From: Candidatus Sulfobium sp.
GTDB lineage: Bacteria; Nitrospirota; Thermodesulfovibrionia; Thermodesulfovibrionales; UBA6898
Length of the DNA: 35,640 nucleotides
NCBI GenBank assembly: GCA_037380845.1
Contig: JARRRI010000010.1
Coordinates: 38,826-74,465, forward strand
Direction of reading: 5' to 3'
Shown one piece after another: positions 10,625 through 19,998 of this stretch. The first letter of the stretch is position 1, and every line of letters begins with the position of its first letter. The translations under genes and the position numbers were made by a program. The notes under the pieces are model-generated. The model saw only the letters and a list, made by a program, of their open reading frames with translations, was not told the origin of the DNA and searched no databases.

Positions 10625-13122
10625 TTTTTCAGCACCTCCCACAGGTCGGCCAGCAGCTCCTGAGCGGCCCTGAGGCCGATCTTGCGCTTTTCAGACTGGA
10701 CATAGAAGATGTCCTGGGCCAGTCCGGTCTCCGTGTTGATCCTCGCGGACACAATATCTATCCCGATTTTGTACATCACGCTTGAGATATCGTATAACAG
10801 CCCGAGCCTGTCGGGCGAAAAAATCTCCAGAAGAGTGAATTCCTCCGACGCCTCGTTGTCCAGCTCTATGAAGACGTCAAAGGGACATACGGCCGTAGCG
10901 CTCCTGCTGGTAACTGACAGGGGCCTCCCCCCGACTATCGCCGCCCTCAGCCCTTCCTCGACCTCATTCTCGAAACCGTCCCACCAGAGCTTTTTCCAGT
11001 TGGAGGCAGATATCTTGTCTATCACGATTCCGCTGCTCGCCGTAAATATCCGTCCTCTCACTATGTTTACTCCCTTGGACGAAAGAAGACCGACTATCTT
11101 TGAAAAGAGTCCCGGACAGTCCCTGGCGCTGACGGACAGCTCCGCCACCGAATCGGTGCCGGCGTCTATGCGCAGGGCAAAACCCGTCTCCGACGCCTTC
11201 CGCACGAGTGCATAGTCGGCGATTATCCTGTCGCCGGGAGTCGAGAGCAGATACCGGTCAGGCAAGTCCTCTACGAAAGAGGCAAGCGCCCCCGCTTCGA
11301 TGCCGGGATAAGTCCGGTTAAGGCGCTCTATATATTCCGACCTGTCTTCTTTCACCCCCGTCAGGTATTCAAGAGTGTTGTCGTACAATTCCCGGAGAAG
11401 GTATGCCTTCCAGGAATCCCAGAAACCCGGATTTACAGCAGACATGTCGGCATAAGTGATCAGATAGAGCGCCCGGAGGTTCTCGGAGTCTCCGACCTCA
11501 TCCGCGAAGGCGGCGATCACCCCGGTGTCGCTTGCTTCCCTTGTCAGTGCAACCCGGGCCATCAGAACATGGTTTCTTACCAGGAGTTCTATTCTCGCCC
11601 TCTTTTCCCCATCGAGGTTGAATCTTTCCATGACATTTTTCAGTCGCTTATACCCTTCCTCTTCATGGTGCCTGCCGGCGCCCTTGCCGATATCGTGAAA
11701 CAGAAGCACCATGAACAGGATGTCGACATTCTCCATTCCGTTGATCATCAAGCGGAGGTCCCCGAGCCTCCCGTATTTGGTATTCCTGAGTTCCTCAAGA
11801 TGCCTGACAGCCATGAGGGTATGCTCGTCTACCGTATACATATGATAAGGTTCGCGCACGACGAGCAGCCGCAACGCGCCGAATTCGGGCAGAAACCTGC
11901 CGAGCACACCCGTTTCGTTCATCTCGGCCAGCGTATCATAAACTCTTTCTCCCCGCAGTATATCGAGAAAACGCCGCACCAGTTCAGGGGAGCTCCTGGT
12001 AGCTCTGTTTATCCTGACGAGACTCGTACGGATCTTCTCTTTCAGCGCATCACTGAACGTCCGGCCGGTCTTTGCGCGAAGATAGAAACCCTCCATGATT
12101 TCGGCGGCGTCCAGCCCGGAGGGACCGCCCTTCGTGGAAATCAGCCTGCCGCCCGACACGGCAAAGGCCCCTGAAACCTTTCTGACCAGAAAATCCCGTC
12201 TGGCTCTTACGTACGGCCTGCTGCACATAACCATGATCTTCTTCGTCAATTCCCTGATGATTTTGCTCTTGAGGTAGTAGTATCGCAGCAGTCTTTCATA
12301 CGCCATGAATTTATGCGAGTCGTGGAACCCGAGAAGGATCGCGACGTTCTTCTGGTATTCAAACGAGAGGACATCGTTCTTCCGTCCGCTTTCGAGATGG
12401 AGACAGTACCTCGCCCTTAGGAGGAAATCGCGGGCTCCGGCGAGACGCCGTGACTCGTAAGAGTCAAGAAGGCAGAGGAAACCCTGGAAGTCCGCAACCT
12501 TCATCGCCACTTTAGACAGCCAGTAGGCCGTATGAATGTCCCTCAGTCCCCCTTCACCCTCTTTCAGGTGCGGCTCCAGGAGGTAAGGGGACTCGCCCGA
12601 ATCCAGGTGTCTCTTCTCCATCTCCCTCAGTTTGTCACGGACGAAGTCCTTCCGTTTCTTGTAGGCGATAACCGGGTAGACCTTTTCCCGGAAGTCGCTG
12701 TAAAGCCTCCTGTCACCGGCTATGTAGCGGGATTCGAGGAGAGAGGTCCTTGTCCTCACGTCCCTGAAGGCCTCTTCAATGCATTCCGCGGCTGTCCTGA
12801 AGGAATGGCTTATGTCGAGCCCCGTATCCCACAGCCCGTAAAGTACGGCCTCCGCTTTTTCCGTGCACTCGCGGCGGGAGGCGAGAAACATGATGTCGAT
12901 ATCGGAAAACGGGGCGAGTTCTCCTCTTCCATAACCCCCGACGGCAAGAAGCGCCGTATCTTCCCCGCTCTCAACCGGCCCGAATATATCCCGGAGGAGG
13001 GTATCTATCGTACGCGTATATCTTTCGACAAGGAGACCTCCCGTGAGCCCCTCACGAACCCAGCCCTCTATATCCCTTAATATCTCTTCCTTCATAACTA
13101 AGCAGCACGATTTCGCGGACAT
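10621..13122 (-). CDS. glnD: [Protein-PII] uridylyltransferase/uridylyl-removing enzyme
   Basis: AVGGYGRGELAPFSDIDI nucleotidyltransferase motif, EPHLKEGEGGLRDIH, HD domain (YTVDEH, LFHDIGK), two ACT domains (DCPGLF, DRLGLL). Start 13122 or 13095. Confidence 0.93.
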   Translation of the reverse strand: MSAKSCCLVMKEEILRDIEGWVREGLTGGLLVERYTRTIDTLLRDIFGPVESGEDTALLAVGGYGRGELAPFSDIDIMFLASRRECTEKAEAVLYGLWDTGLDISHSFRTAAECIEEAFRDVRTRTSLLESRYIAGDRRLYSDFREKVYPVIAYKKRKDFVRDKLREMEKRHLDSGESPYLLEPHLKEGEGGLRDIHTAYWLSKVAMKVADFQGFLCLLDSYESRRLAGARDFLLRARYCLHLESGRKNDVLSFEYQKNVAILLGFHDSHKFMAYERLLRYYYLKSKIIRELTKKIMVMCSRPYVRARRDFLVRKVSGAFAVSGGRLISTKGGPSGLDAAEIMEGFYLRAKTGRTFSDALKEKIRTSLVRINRATRSSPELVRRFLDILRGERVYDTLAEMNETGVLGRFLPEFGALRLLVVREPYHMYTVDEHTLMAVRHLEELRNTKYGRLGDLRLMINGMENVDILFMVLLFHDIGKGAGRHHEEEGYKRLKNVMERFNLDGEKRARIELLVRNHVLMARVALTREASDTGVIAAFADEVGDSENLRALYLITYADMSAVNPGFWDSWKAYLLRELYDNTLEYLTGVKEDRSEYIERLNRTYPGIEAGALASFVEDLPDRYLLSTPGDRIIADYALVRKASETGFALRIDAGTDSVAELSVSARDCPGLFSKIVGLLSSKGVNIVRGRIFTASSGIVIDKISASNWKKLWWDGFENEVEEGLRAAIVGGRPLSVTSRSATAVCPFDVFIELDNEASEEFTLLEIFSPDRLGLLYDISSVMYKIGIDIVSARINTETGLAQDIFYVQSEKRKIGLRAAQELLADLWEVLKK

Positions 13123-13398
13123 TCCCCGTCGTAAAAGGGCCTTTTCCGCGCTGGGGCGCCGGTCGGGGAAAAAAGGAGATCGGCAAGAAAATATAATAAA
13201 ATCAGTATGTTTTCCACTGTCTCTACGGCAGGAACGCTAAGTAAGACATTGTTAAATATACCATAAATCGATCCGGACTTTTAAGAACCGCGGACTGGAG
13301 ATTTTTCTCGGCATAGTCGTCCCGAGGAGCGGGCCTGCTGAAAAGGCCCTCTACTCCCCCTCCCTTTTTCTTTCTGCATAGGTGATAATATAATCCTT

Positions 13399-14970
13399 AT
13401 GTCTCTCAAGAAAAACATCATTCTCAGCTTTCTCATAAGCTCCGTTATCATCGCCATCCTGGCCGTCGCGTCATACGTGAATTTCATCGAAATCAGAAAA
13501 GAGATCCGCTACCTCGAGCTTTCGGATACGGTCAGGAGCAAATCTCTCCAGTTGAGAAGACACGAAAAAAACTATTTTCTTTACATGGATGCGGAAGAGA
13601 TCCGGGGAGTTTACATCTATCTGAAGGAACTCAGGGACATCATCCGGGAGGGAAGCCCTATCGACAGCAGGGGCAAGTTGCAGGAGCTGAAATCCATTAT
13701 CGGCGAATATGAGCAACGGTTTAACCGGATTGAGAACTATATAGCGGAGTTTCATAAGGAATTCAACAGCCTCAGACCTTACCGACCGCCGAATGCGATC
13801 TTTTCCCCGCTGATCGAATCGACCTTTCTCGAGCGGCCCATGGTCAACGCCAGGCTGCTGGAAAAACTGTTTTCCCTGCCGGTTGACGCGCCGATCATCA
13901 GGCACCTCCGTGAACTCAACGATGAGATCGGGGCACTCAGAAAGAACGGGGAAAATATACTCGCCGTCTCGAAGGAGCTGGACAAGTCCGCGAGGGAAAA
14001 GGTCGAACACGCCATCGGTGTACTGCAGCTCGCTACCCTGGTCCTCCTTCCCCTCTTCTTTATCGTCGGTCTCGTCACCCTGTTCCTTAACAGCCACAGC
14101 GTTGTAAGACGGCTCAGGATACTGACGGATGCCGTAAGGAAGACAGGAAAGGGCAATTTCTCGTCTCTGGCGGTGCCCGAAAAGCGCGATGAAGTCGGCG
14201 TACTCATCACGGCATTCAATGCAATGGAGCGCGACCTCGTGCTGCGTGAAGAGGAATTGAAAAACAAAAATGAAGAACTGCTCCAGAGCAGGAAACTGGC
14301 CTCCCTCGGGACCCTCGCCTCCGGGGTCGCCCACGAACTCAACAACCCTCTTAACAATATATACATATCCGCCCAGATACTCGAAAAAGAAGCCAGGGAC
14401 ACATGCTCTCCCCAGGTTAAGGAGATCATGGAGGATATTGTGAGCCAGACCATCCGGGTGAAGAGGATCGTCGGGGACCTGCTTGAATTTGCACGGGGTC
14501 GAGAGCCCCGGATCGCTGAAGTCGGACTTAACGACCTCCTCCGGAGGGCTTATAAACTGGTCTGCGTGACCGCCGCAACGGAAGGAATAAACTTCAGTCT
14601 CGACGTCGACCCCGAGAATCTGGCCGTCAATGCCGACCCCGAGCAGCTGGAGAGGGTTTTCATCAACCTTTTCAGCAATGCGGTCGATGCCATGTCGGGA
14701 CGCGGCGATCTCAAAGTCGATGCCCGCAGTCACGAAGATGTCTCCATAATAAAGGTCTCGGACAGCGGAAATGGAATGTCCGCGGAGGCCGTGGAAAAGA
14801 TATTCGAGCCGTTCTATACTACAAAAGACAAAGGTACCGGACTCGGTCTTGCCATCGTATTCAACATAATTACCAGGCACGGGGGCGACATCAAAGTCGA
14901 AAGCAGGGAGGGGCGGGGGACGTCTTTCACCATTACCCTGCCTTCCGGACGGATCACACATGAATCTTAA
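13399..14970 (+). CDS. Membrane sensor histidine kinase (2 TM, HAMP, HisKA, HATPase; NtrB/AtoS type)
   Basis: GVAHELNNPL H-box, NLFSNAVDA, DSGNGM, FEPFYTTK, GTGLGL. Confidence 0.93.
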   Translation: MSLKKNIILSFLISSVIIAILAVASYVNFIEIRKEIRYLELSDTVRSKSLQLRRHEKNYFLYMDAEEIRGVYIYLKELRDIIREGSPIDSRGKLQELKSIIGEYEQRFNRIENYIAEFHKEFNSLRPYRPPNAIFSPLIESTFLERPMVNARLLEKLFSLPVDAPIIRHLRELNDEIGALRKNGENILAVSKELDKSAREKVEHAIGVLQLATLVLLPLFFIVGLVTLFLNSHSVVRRLRILTDAVRKTGKGNFSSLAVPEKRDEVGVLITAFNAMERDLVLREEELKNKNEELLQSRKLASLGTLASGVAHELNNPLNNIYISAQILEKEARDTCSPQVKEIMEDIVSQTIRVKRIVGDLLEFARGREPRIAEVGLNDLLRRAYKLVCVTAATEGINFSLDVDPENLAVNADPEQLERVFINLFSNAVDAMSGRGDLKVDARSHEDVSIIKVSDSGNGMSAEAVEKIFEPFYTTKDKGTGLGLAIVFNIITRHGGDIKVESREGRGTSFTITLPSGRITHES

Positions 14971-16297
14971 GGTACTTGTTGCAGAAGACGAGGAAATCAC
15001 TCTGAAACACCTTCTTAATACCCTGACTAAAGAGGGGTACCAGGTGACAGGTGCCGGAGACGGCCGTGCTGCCCTGGAAGAGATCTCCCGGGACCATTTC
15101 GACGTCCTCATAACGGACATAAAGATGCCGGTGATAAACGGGATCGAGTTGCTGGGCAAGGCAAAAGAGAAAGACCCGGAGATCGAGGTGCTGGTGATTA
15201 CCGGGTTCGGCAGCATAGGCTCTGCGGTCGAGGCGATGAAGAAAGGGGCCTATGAATATATTACAAAGCCCTTCGACCTTGACGAGCTCATCCTGAAGGT
15301 CCGGAATATTCGGGAAAAGAAGCTCTTGATGAAGGAAAATACCGCACTGAGGGCTTATCTGGACAGGGACAGAAAAGTCTCCGTTGTGGCCAAGAGCAGG
15401 AGTATGCAGAAGATACTGAACATCATCGAGAGCATAAGCGATTCCGACTGCAATGTGCTTTTAACGGGAGAAAGCGGGGTAGGCAAGAGTCTTCTCGCCA
15501 AGATAATCCATTTCACGAGCAGAAGGCAGAATATGCCTTTCCTCTCGATCAACTGCGCCACCCTGACCGAGGAGCTTCTGGCAAGCGAACTTTTCGGCCA
15601 TGAAAAGGGCGCCTTCACCGGGGCCGTGAAAACAAAACAGGGACTTCTGGAGATAGCGGATACAGGCACTCTGTTCCTTGACGAGATAGCCGAGATGTCT
15701 CCGAATCTGCAGGCGAAGCTCCTTAAGGCCATTGAAGAAGGCGAATTTTTCAGGGTGGGGGGTACGAGGCCGATAAAGGTCGATGTGAGGTTTCTGGCTG
15801 CGACGAACCAGCACGTAGGGAATATACTGTCCGAAGGGAAGCTGAGGGAGGACCTTTATTACAGGCTCAACGTCATGGAGATATTTATTCCGCCTCTGCG
15901 GGACCGCAAAGGGGACATTGAACCTCTCAGCACCTATCTCCTGCAGAAGCACCTGCCGAAGGCGAACAAGAGGATAACCGGTTTCACGAGACAGGCCATG
16001 GATGTCCTGATGAATTATAGCTTCCCGGGAAATGTGCGTGAGCTCGAAAACATCATTGAGAGGGCCGTCATTCTCGAAAAAGATACGCTCATCACTCCCG
16101 AGAGCCTTCCCGAAAGCCTCAAAATCTTTCATATCCAGACAATAGAACCGGATCAGATCCCCATCAAAACGCTGGAGGAGGTCAACAAGGAATACGCTCA
16201 CAAGGTCGTGGAGATGTTCGGGGGCAACAAGAGCAAGGCTGCAGAACTCCTGGGTATATCCAGAACAAGCCTCTGGAGAATTCTGAAGGAACAATAA
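14960..16297 (+). CDS. Sigma54-dependent response regulator (REC-AAA+-Fis HTH), intact
   Basis: TDIKMP receiver, GESGVGKS, SELFGHEKGAFTGA, LFLDEI, AATN, REDLYYRLNV, PGNVREL, NKSKAAELLGISRTSLW. Confidence 0.95.
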   Translation: MNLKVLVAEDEEITLKHLLNTLTKEGYQVTGAGDGRAALEEISRDHFDVLITDIKMPVINGIELLGKAKEKDPEIEVLVITGFGSIGSAVEAMKKGAYEYITKPFDLDELILKVRNIREKKLLMKENTALRAYLDRDRKVSVVAKSRSMQKILNIIESISDSDCNVLLTGESGVGKSLLAKIIHFTSRRQNMPFLSINCATLTEELLASELFGHEKGAFTGAVKTKQGLLEIADTGTLFLDEIAEMSPNLQAKLLKAIEEGEFFRVGGTRPIKVDVRFLAATNQHVGNILSEGKLREDLYYRLNVMEIFIPPLRDRKGDIEPLSTYLLQKHLPKANKRITGFTRQAMDVLMNYSFPGNVRELENIIERAVILEKDTLITPESLPESLKIFHIQTIEPDQIPIKTLEEVNKEYAHKVVEMFGGNKSKAAELLGISRTSLWRILKEQ

Positions 16298-16410
16298 GGA
16301 ACAGTGAAGATTCCAGCCGCAGAAAACGCAGGCGTTTTCAGCTTTGCCGGATCCCTGGTGACAACTGAAACGTCAGGAAACCACCTGTCACGATACAGGG
16401 TTGGTGTTCG

Positions 16411-17739
16411 ATGAATTTCAGAATCCTGATCGCGGAAGATGAAGACATAACCAGAAAGCACCTCCTTTATGCGCTCAAGCGAGAGGGCTATGAGACCGTT
16501 GGCGTCAGTAACGGGAGGGAGGCTTTGGACTACATCGAAAAAGAACGCTTCGACGTCCTCATCACCGATATCAGGATGCCGGAGATGAGCGGCATCGAAC
16601 TCCTCGAAAAAGTCCGGGAGAAATATTACGGGGTGGAAGTCATGATTATCACGGGGTACGGCAGCATAGACTCTGCCGTCGACGCAATGAAAAAAGGCGC
16701 ATACGAATACATAACCAAACCCTTTAACCTGGACGAACTCCTCGCAAAGGTGAAAAACATCCACGAAAGAAGCGTACTGAAAAGGGAGAATGTCGCCTTC
16801 AGGAACTTTTACGGAATGAACAGGGGGACCTCCGTCGTTGCCCGAAGCCAGGCCATGCGTAATATAATCGAAACGGTCGAACACATGAGCGATTCGGACT
16901 GCAACGTCTTTCTGGGCGGAGAAAGAGGCGTGGGCAAAGGCCTGATCGCAAAAATGATCCATTTCACGAGCAGGAGGCGGAACTTGCCGTTTATCTCACT
17001 TAACTGTTCGACCATTCCCCCCCATCTCCTTGCCGAAGAACTTTTCGGAGCGGAGACGGGGGCGGGTACGGCCGGTTTCAAAGTAAGGCAGGGGCTGGTC
17101 GAGGTGGCGAATTCGGGCTCCCTCTTTCTGGACGAGATAAGCGCCCTCCCCCCCGGGGTTCAGACCGGCCTGCTGCGGACGATAGAAGATGGCGAGTTTT
17201 TGAGGACCGGGGGCGTAAAGCCCGTCAAGGTGGATGTCCGCTTCATCACATCCTCGGCCAGGGACGTGAAAAAAGCGGCAGGCAACGCATTTCTGGAGGA
17301 CCTTTTTTACAAGCTCAACGTAATGGAAGTCTTCGTTGCGCCGCTTCGGGAACGGAGGGAAGACATCGAACCGCTCAGCATTTTTTTCCTGCAGCGGCAT
17401 TGCGGGAAATCGTGTAAACAGATAAACGGGTTCACGAAGGAGTCAATAGATATCCTGTTGAACTACAGTTATCCGGGCAACGCGAGGGAACTCTCGAACA
17501 TCATTGAAAGGTCGGTAATCCTAGAAACGGGAGACGTTATCACTCCTTCCAGTCTGCCGAGAAGCATAAGAATGTTCCGGATCGATACCTTCCAGCCTGA
17601 CAGAGTGCTTACCCTTGAAGAGTTGACCAGGGAGTATGCCGAAAAAATACTTATCACCGTGGAAGGCGACAAGGCCAGAGCAGCATCCCTGCTGGGAATA
17701 ACGGAAATAGATCTGCGGAGAATGCTGAAGAAGAAATAA
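16411..17739 (+). CDS. NtrC-family response regulator paralog with degenerate sigma54-activation motifs
   Basis: Colinear paralog of the upstream gene. Receiver intact, but GAFTGA is replaced by GAGTAG and REDLYYRL by LEDLFYKL. Confidence 0.9.
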   Translation: MNFRILIAEDEDITRKHLLYALKREGYETVGVSNGREALDYIEKERFDVLITDIRMPEMSGIELLEKVREKYYGVEVMIITGYGSIDSAVDAMKKGAYEYITKPFNLDELLAKVKNIHERSVLKRENVAFRNFYGMNRGTSVVARSQAMRNIIETVEHMSDSDCNVFLGGERGVGKGLIAKMIHFTSRRRNLPFISLNCSTIPPHLLAEELFGAETGAGTAGFKVRQGLVEVANSGSLFLDEISALPPGVQTGLLRTIEDGEFLRTGGVKPVKVDVRFITSSARDVKKAAGNAFLEDLFYKLNVMEVFVAPLRERREDIEPLSIFFLQRHCGKSCKQINGFTKESIDILLNYSYPGNARELSNIIERSVILETGDVITPSSLPRSIRMFRIDTFQPDRVLTLEELTREYAEKILITVEGDKARAASLLGITEIDLRRMLKKK

Positions 17740-17785
17740 TCGATTCTCCTCTTTTCCTTGCAATTATTATGCTGCTCGCCCGGAA

Positions 17786-17802
17786 TGTTCCAATATGAAA
17801 CA
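17786..17802. promoter_or_regulatory. Candidate enhancer (UAS) site 1 for the sigma54 activator
   Basis: TGTTCCAATATGAAACA, an imperfect palindrome matching TGTTCAGATTTGAAACG at 17942. Confidence 0.5.
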
Positions 17803-17941
17803 GATTGTATTCCCTGCATTTCCCCAAAGACGCTGTCTTCAATCAGGTCCGATGACCTCATGAAAAGCAGTCCAGTCGGGGATTGCCGAGCTTTTTTGGA
17901 GGCCGCTCCTCGGGAGGAGCGGATACCCATGTGTTCACATC

Positions 17942-17958
17942 TGTTCAGATTTGAAACG
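17942..17958. promoter_or_regulatory. Candidate enhancer (UAS) site 2
   Basis: TGTTCAGATTTGAAACG shares TGTTCnnATnTGAAAC with site 1 and lies upstream of the IHF site and the -24/-12 promoter. Confidence 0.5.
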
Positions 17959-17993
17959 TTTCGCCAGCCGTAGGAACTCCTTTTTCTCTTGTA

Positions 17994-18006
17994 AATCAAC
18001 CGGTTA
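17994..18006 (+). promoter_or_regulatory. IHF binding site
   Basis: AATCAACCGGTTA matches WATCAANNNNTTR exactly and sits just upstream of the -24 element. Confidence 0.7.
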
Positions 18007-18011
18007 TGACA

Positions 18012-18027
18012 TGGCACGTCCGTTGCT
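18012..18027 (+). promoter_or_regulatory. Sigma54 (-24/-12) promoter of the USP/TauE operon
   Basis: TGGCAC-GTCCG-TTGCT is a perfect TGGCAC-N5-TTGCW match, 44 bp before the USP ATG. Confidence 0.9.
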
Positions 18028-18071
18028 ATCCTTATGTTGTCTGAAATCGCAACAGTGAGGAAGAAGATGAT

Positions 18072-18491
18072 ATGAAAGGCTACAGAAAAATTCTCATCGC
18101 AGTAAACGGATCGAAGGACACCCTGACTCAGGGCCTGAGGCTCGCTCACAATGAAAAGTGCTGGGTCACCGTAGTAAAGGTCCTGCCTCCCTACGACGGC
18201 GACCTGGAGTTAGTCGGAATAAAGAATCTGGATGATGTCCTGAATGGTGACGCGGGGAAGGAGCTACAGGAAATAAGGAAGGTAGCCGACTCGGAAAGGA
18301 GCCTGGTCAAGACCCGCCTGGAGAGAGGACAGATCCATGAAAAGATCGTCGAGGTTGCGGAGGACGAAAGATGCGACCTTATAGTAATGGGCGCCCACAA
18401 AAAAACGCTGCTTGAGAGGATCTTCAGTCCGCGGATAGTGGAAAGGGTTATCAGCCGGGCACCCTGCCCCGTACTGGTAGTCGGAACATAA
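18072..18491 (+). CDS. Universal stress protein (single USP domain)
   Basis: YRKILIAVNGS, DLIVMGAH, RAPCPVLVV. Confidence 0.92.
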   Translation: MKGYRKILIAVNGSKDTLTQGLRLAHNEKCWVTVVKVLPPYDGDLELVGIKNLDDVLNGDAGKELQEIRKVADSERSLVKTRLERGQIHEKIVEVAEDERCDLIVMGAHKKTLLERIFSPRIVERVISRAPCPVLVVGT

Positions 18492-18564
18492 CAGGGGACC
18501 GTCCCTCTGCCGATTTGTCTTACATGCGATTTGGCGATAAGGGACGGTTCAGTTAGGAGAAGGG

Positions 18565-19056
18565 ATGAAGGGAAAACAGCTTTTGTTCGTTACTTATCAT
18601 GATGAAAACTTTGATGAGGGGCTTTCCTATGCCGTGGATCTCGCAAAGACAATGGGCGACACCGTCGGGATATTGATGATTTACAAGAGAAAGGTAATGG
18701 AAAAGTTCGAGGACACGATGACAGCGGTAACCTTTGCGGAATCGAACGACCTCAGAACAGCTAGGGAAATGATAAGTGACGATTACAGGAAACGCCAGGA
18801 AGATTTCGACAACAAGCTATCCCTTATAAAGGATAGTTGCAGGAAGGCCGGTGTGTCCGTGGATATAAGCACGGCCGCTACCGAGGTCGTCTCGGCAATT
18901 AAAAATATTCTCAGGCAGAATACCAGGATCGATATGGTATTGCTCAGCCCGAGCATAACGAACGACAGCAATATAAACTCAAAGACTCTCAATAAGCTTG
19001 TAAAAACGGCCTCAAGGCCGATTGTTACAATGGCCAAACAGGCAGGTTCTGCCTGA
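18565..19056 (+). CDS. Hypothetical protein, possibly a divergent USP-like fold
   Basis: RBS AGGAGAAGG. Pattern LLFVT...GLSYAVDLAK...IDMVLL...LVKTASRPIVT echoes USP topology. Confidence 0.7.
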   Translation: MKGKQLLFVTYHDENFDEGLSYAVDLAKTMGDTVGILMIYKRKVMEKFEDTMTAVTFAESNDLRTAREMISDDYRKRQEDFDNKLSLIKDSCRKAGVSVDISTAATEVVSAIKNILRQNTRIDMVLLSPSITNDSNINSKTLNKLVKTASRPIVTMAKQAGSA

Positions 19057-19079
19057 ATAGAAAAAAGGAGGAGGTTTAG

Positions 19080-19997
19080 ATGCATCTTTATTTACCTGTA
19101 GCACTAACCAGTATGAACATCCTTGTTCCGGTCGGTCTGGGATTGGCGGTGGGGCTTCTCTCAGGCCTGTTCGGGGTTGGAGGCGGCTTTCTTCTCACGC
19201 CTCTCCTGATCATGTTCGGTATCCCCTCGACGGTGGCGGCGGCTACCGACTCCAACCAGATAGTGGCGGCTTCAACATCGGGAACATACGCGCACTGGAA
19301 GATAGGAAACGTCGATTTCAAGATGGGTCTCCTGCTGCTCGCCGGCGGCTTCATCGGCGGTCTCGTAGGCGTCCAGGGCATCAAGATACTGAGGGCGATG
19401 GGCAATGCCGACTTTGTCATCAAGATAACCTATGTGCTGATGCTCGGTATCGTCGGCGGCTACATGTTCATAGAAAGTCTTCAGAGCCTGAAGAAAAAGA
19501 AGACGGAGGAAGTCAAACCCAAAAAAGAGTCGGCTTTCGGGAAATTCCTGAATTCCCTTCCCCTTCAGACGCATTTTGAAAAGTCCGGCGTGACGCATTC
19601 GGCCTTCGTGCCGATCGTATTCGGCGGCTTCGTCGGGATACTGGCTGCGGTTATGGGTGTCGGCGGCGGATTCCTTATGGTGCCGGTAATGGTGTACATC
19701 CTGAGGATGCCCATGCACGTGGTCGTCGGCACCAGTCTCTTCCAGATACTGTTCAACTGTATAGAAGTGACTTTTCTGCAGGCCTATACCAACCATACGG
19801 TGGACTTTATCCTGGCCGTCCTTCTCCTCATCGGCTCGACCGTAGGTGCCCAGGTCGGCACGGTGTTCGGCAGGAAGCTCAAGGGCGACCAGCTGAAGAT
19901 AATACTTGCCGGCATCGTACTGGTGGTGACCGTAAAAATGGTCTTCGATCTCACGATAACGCCTGACCTTCTCCTGGGCCAGGCCGGAGGACACTAA
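19080..19997 (+). CDS. Sulfite exporter TauE/SafE (TSUP) family membrane protein
   Basis: Two GVGGGF motifs (GLFGVGGGFLLTP, MGVGGGFLMVP), about 8 TM segments, AGGAGGAGG RBS. Confidence 0.93.
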   Translation: MHLYLPVALTSMNILVPVGLGLAVGLLSGLFGVGGGFLLTPLLIMFGIPSTVAAATDSNQIVAASTSGTYAHWKIGNVDFKMGLLLLAGGFIGGLVGVQGIKILRAMGNADFVIKITYVLMLGIVGGYMFIESLQSLKKKKTEEVKPKKESAFGKFLNSLPLQTHFEKSGVTHSAFVPIVFGGFVGILAAVMGVGGGFLMVPVMVYILRMPMHVVVGTSLFQILFNCIEVTFLQAYTNHTVDFILAVLLLIGSTVGAQVGTVFGRKLKGDQLKIILAGIVLVVTVKMVFDLTITPDLLLGQAGGH

Positions 19998-19998
19998 T

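Noticed and set aside
13471..15216. 581-aa antisense ORF and other long shadow ORFs (e.g. 261-1151, 20706-21620, 28401-29345)
   Set aside because: They lie opposite well-supported genes, have no recognisable motifs, and are expected from codon bias.
16298..16410. Riboswitch between the two regulators
   Set aside because: Only short hairpins are present, with no match I can support to c-di-GMP or other known aptamers.
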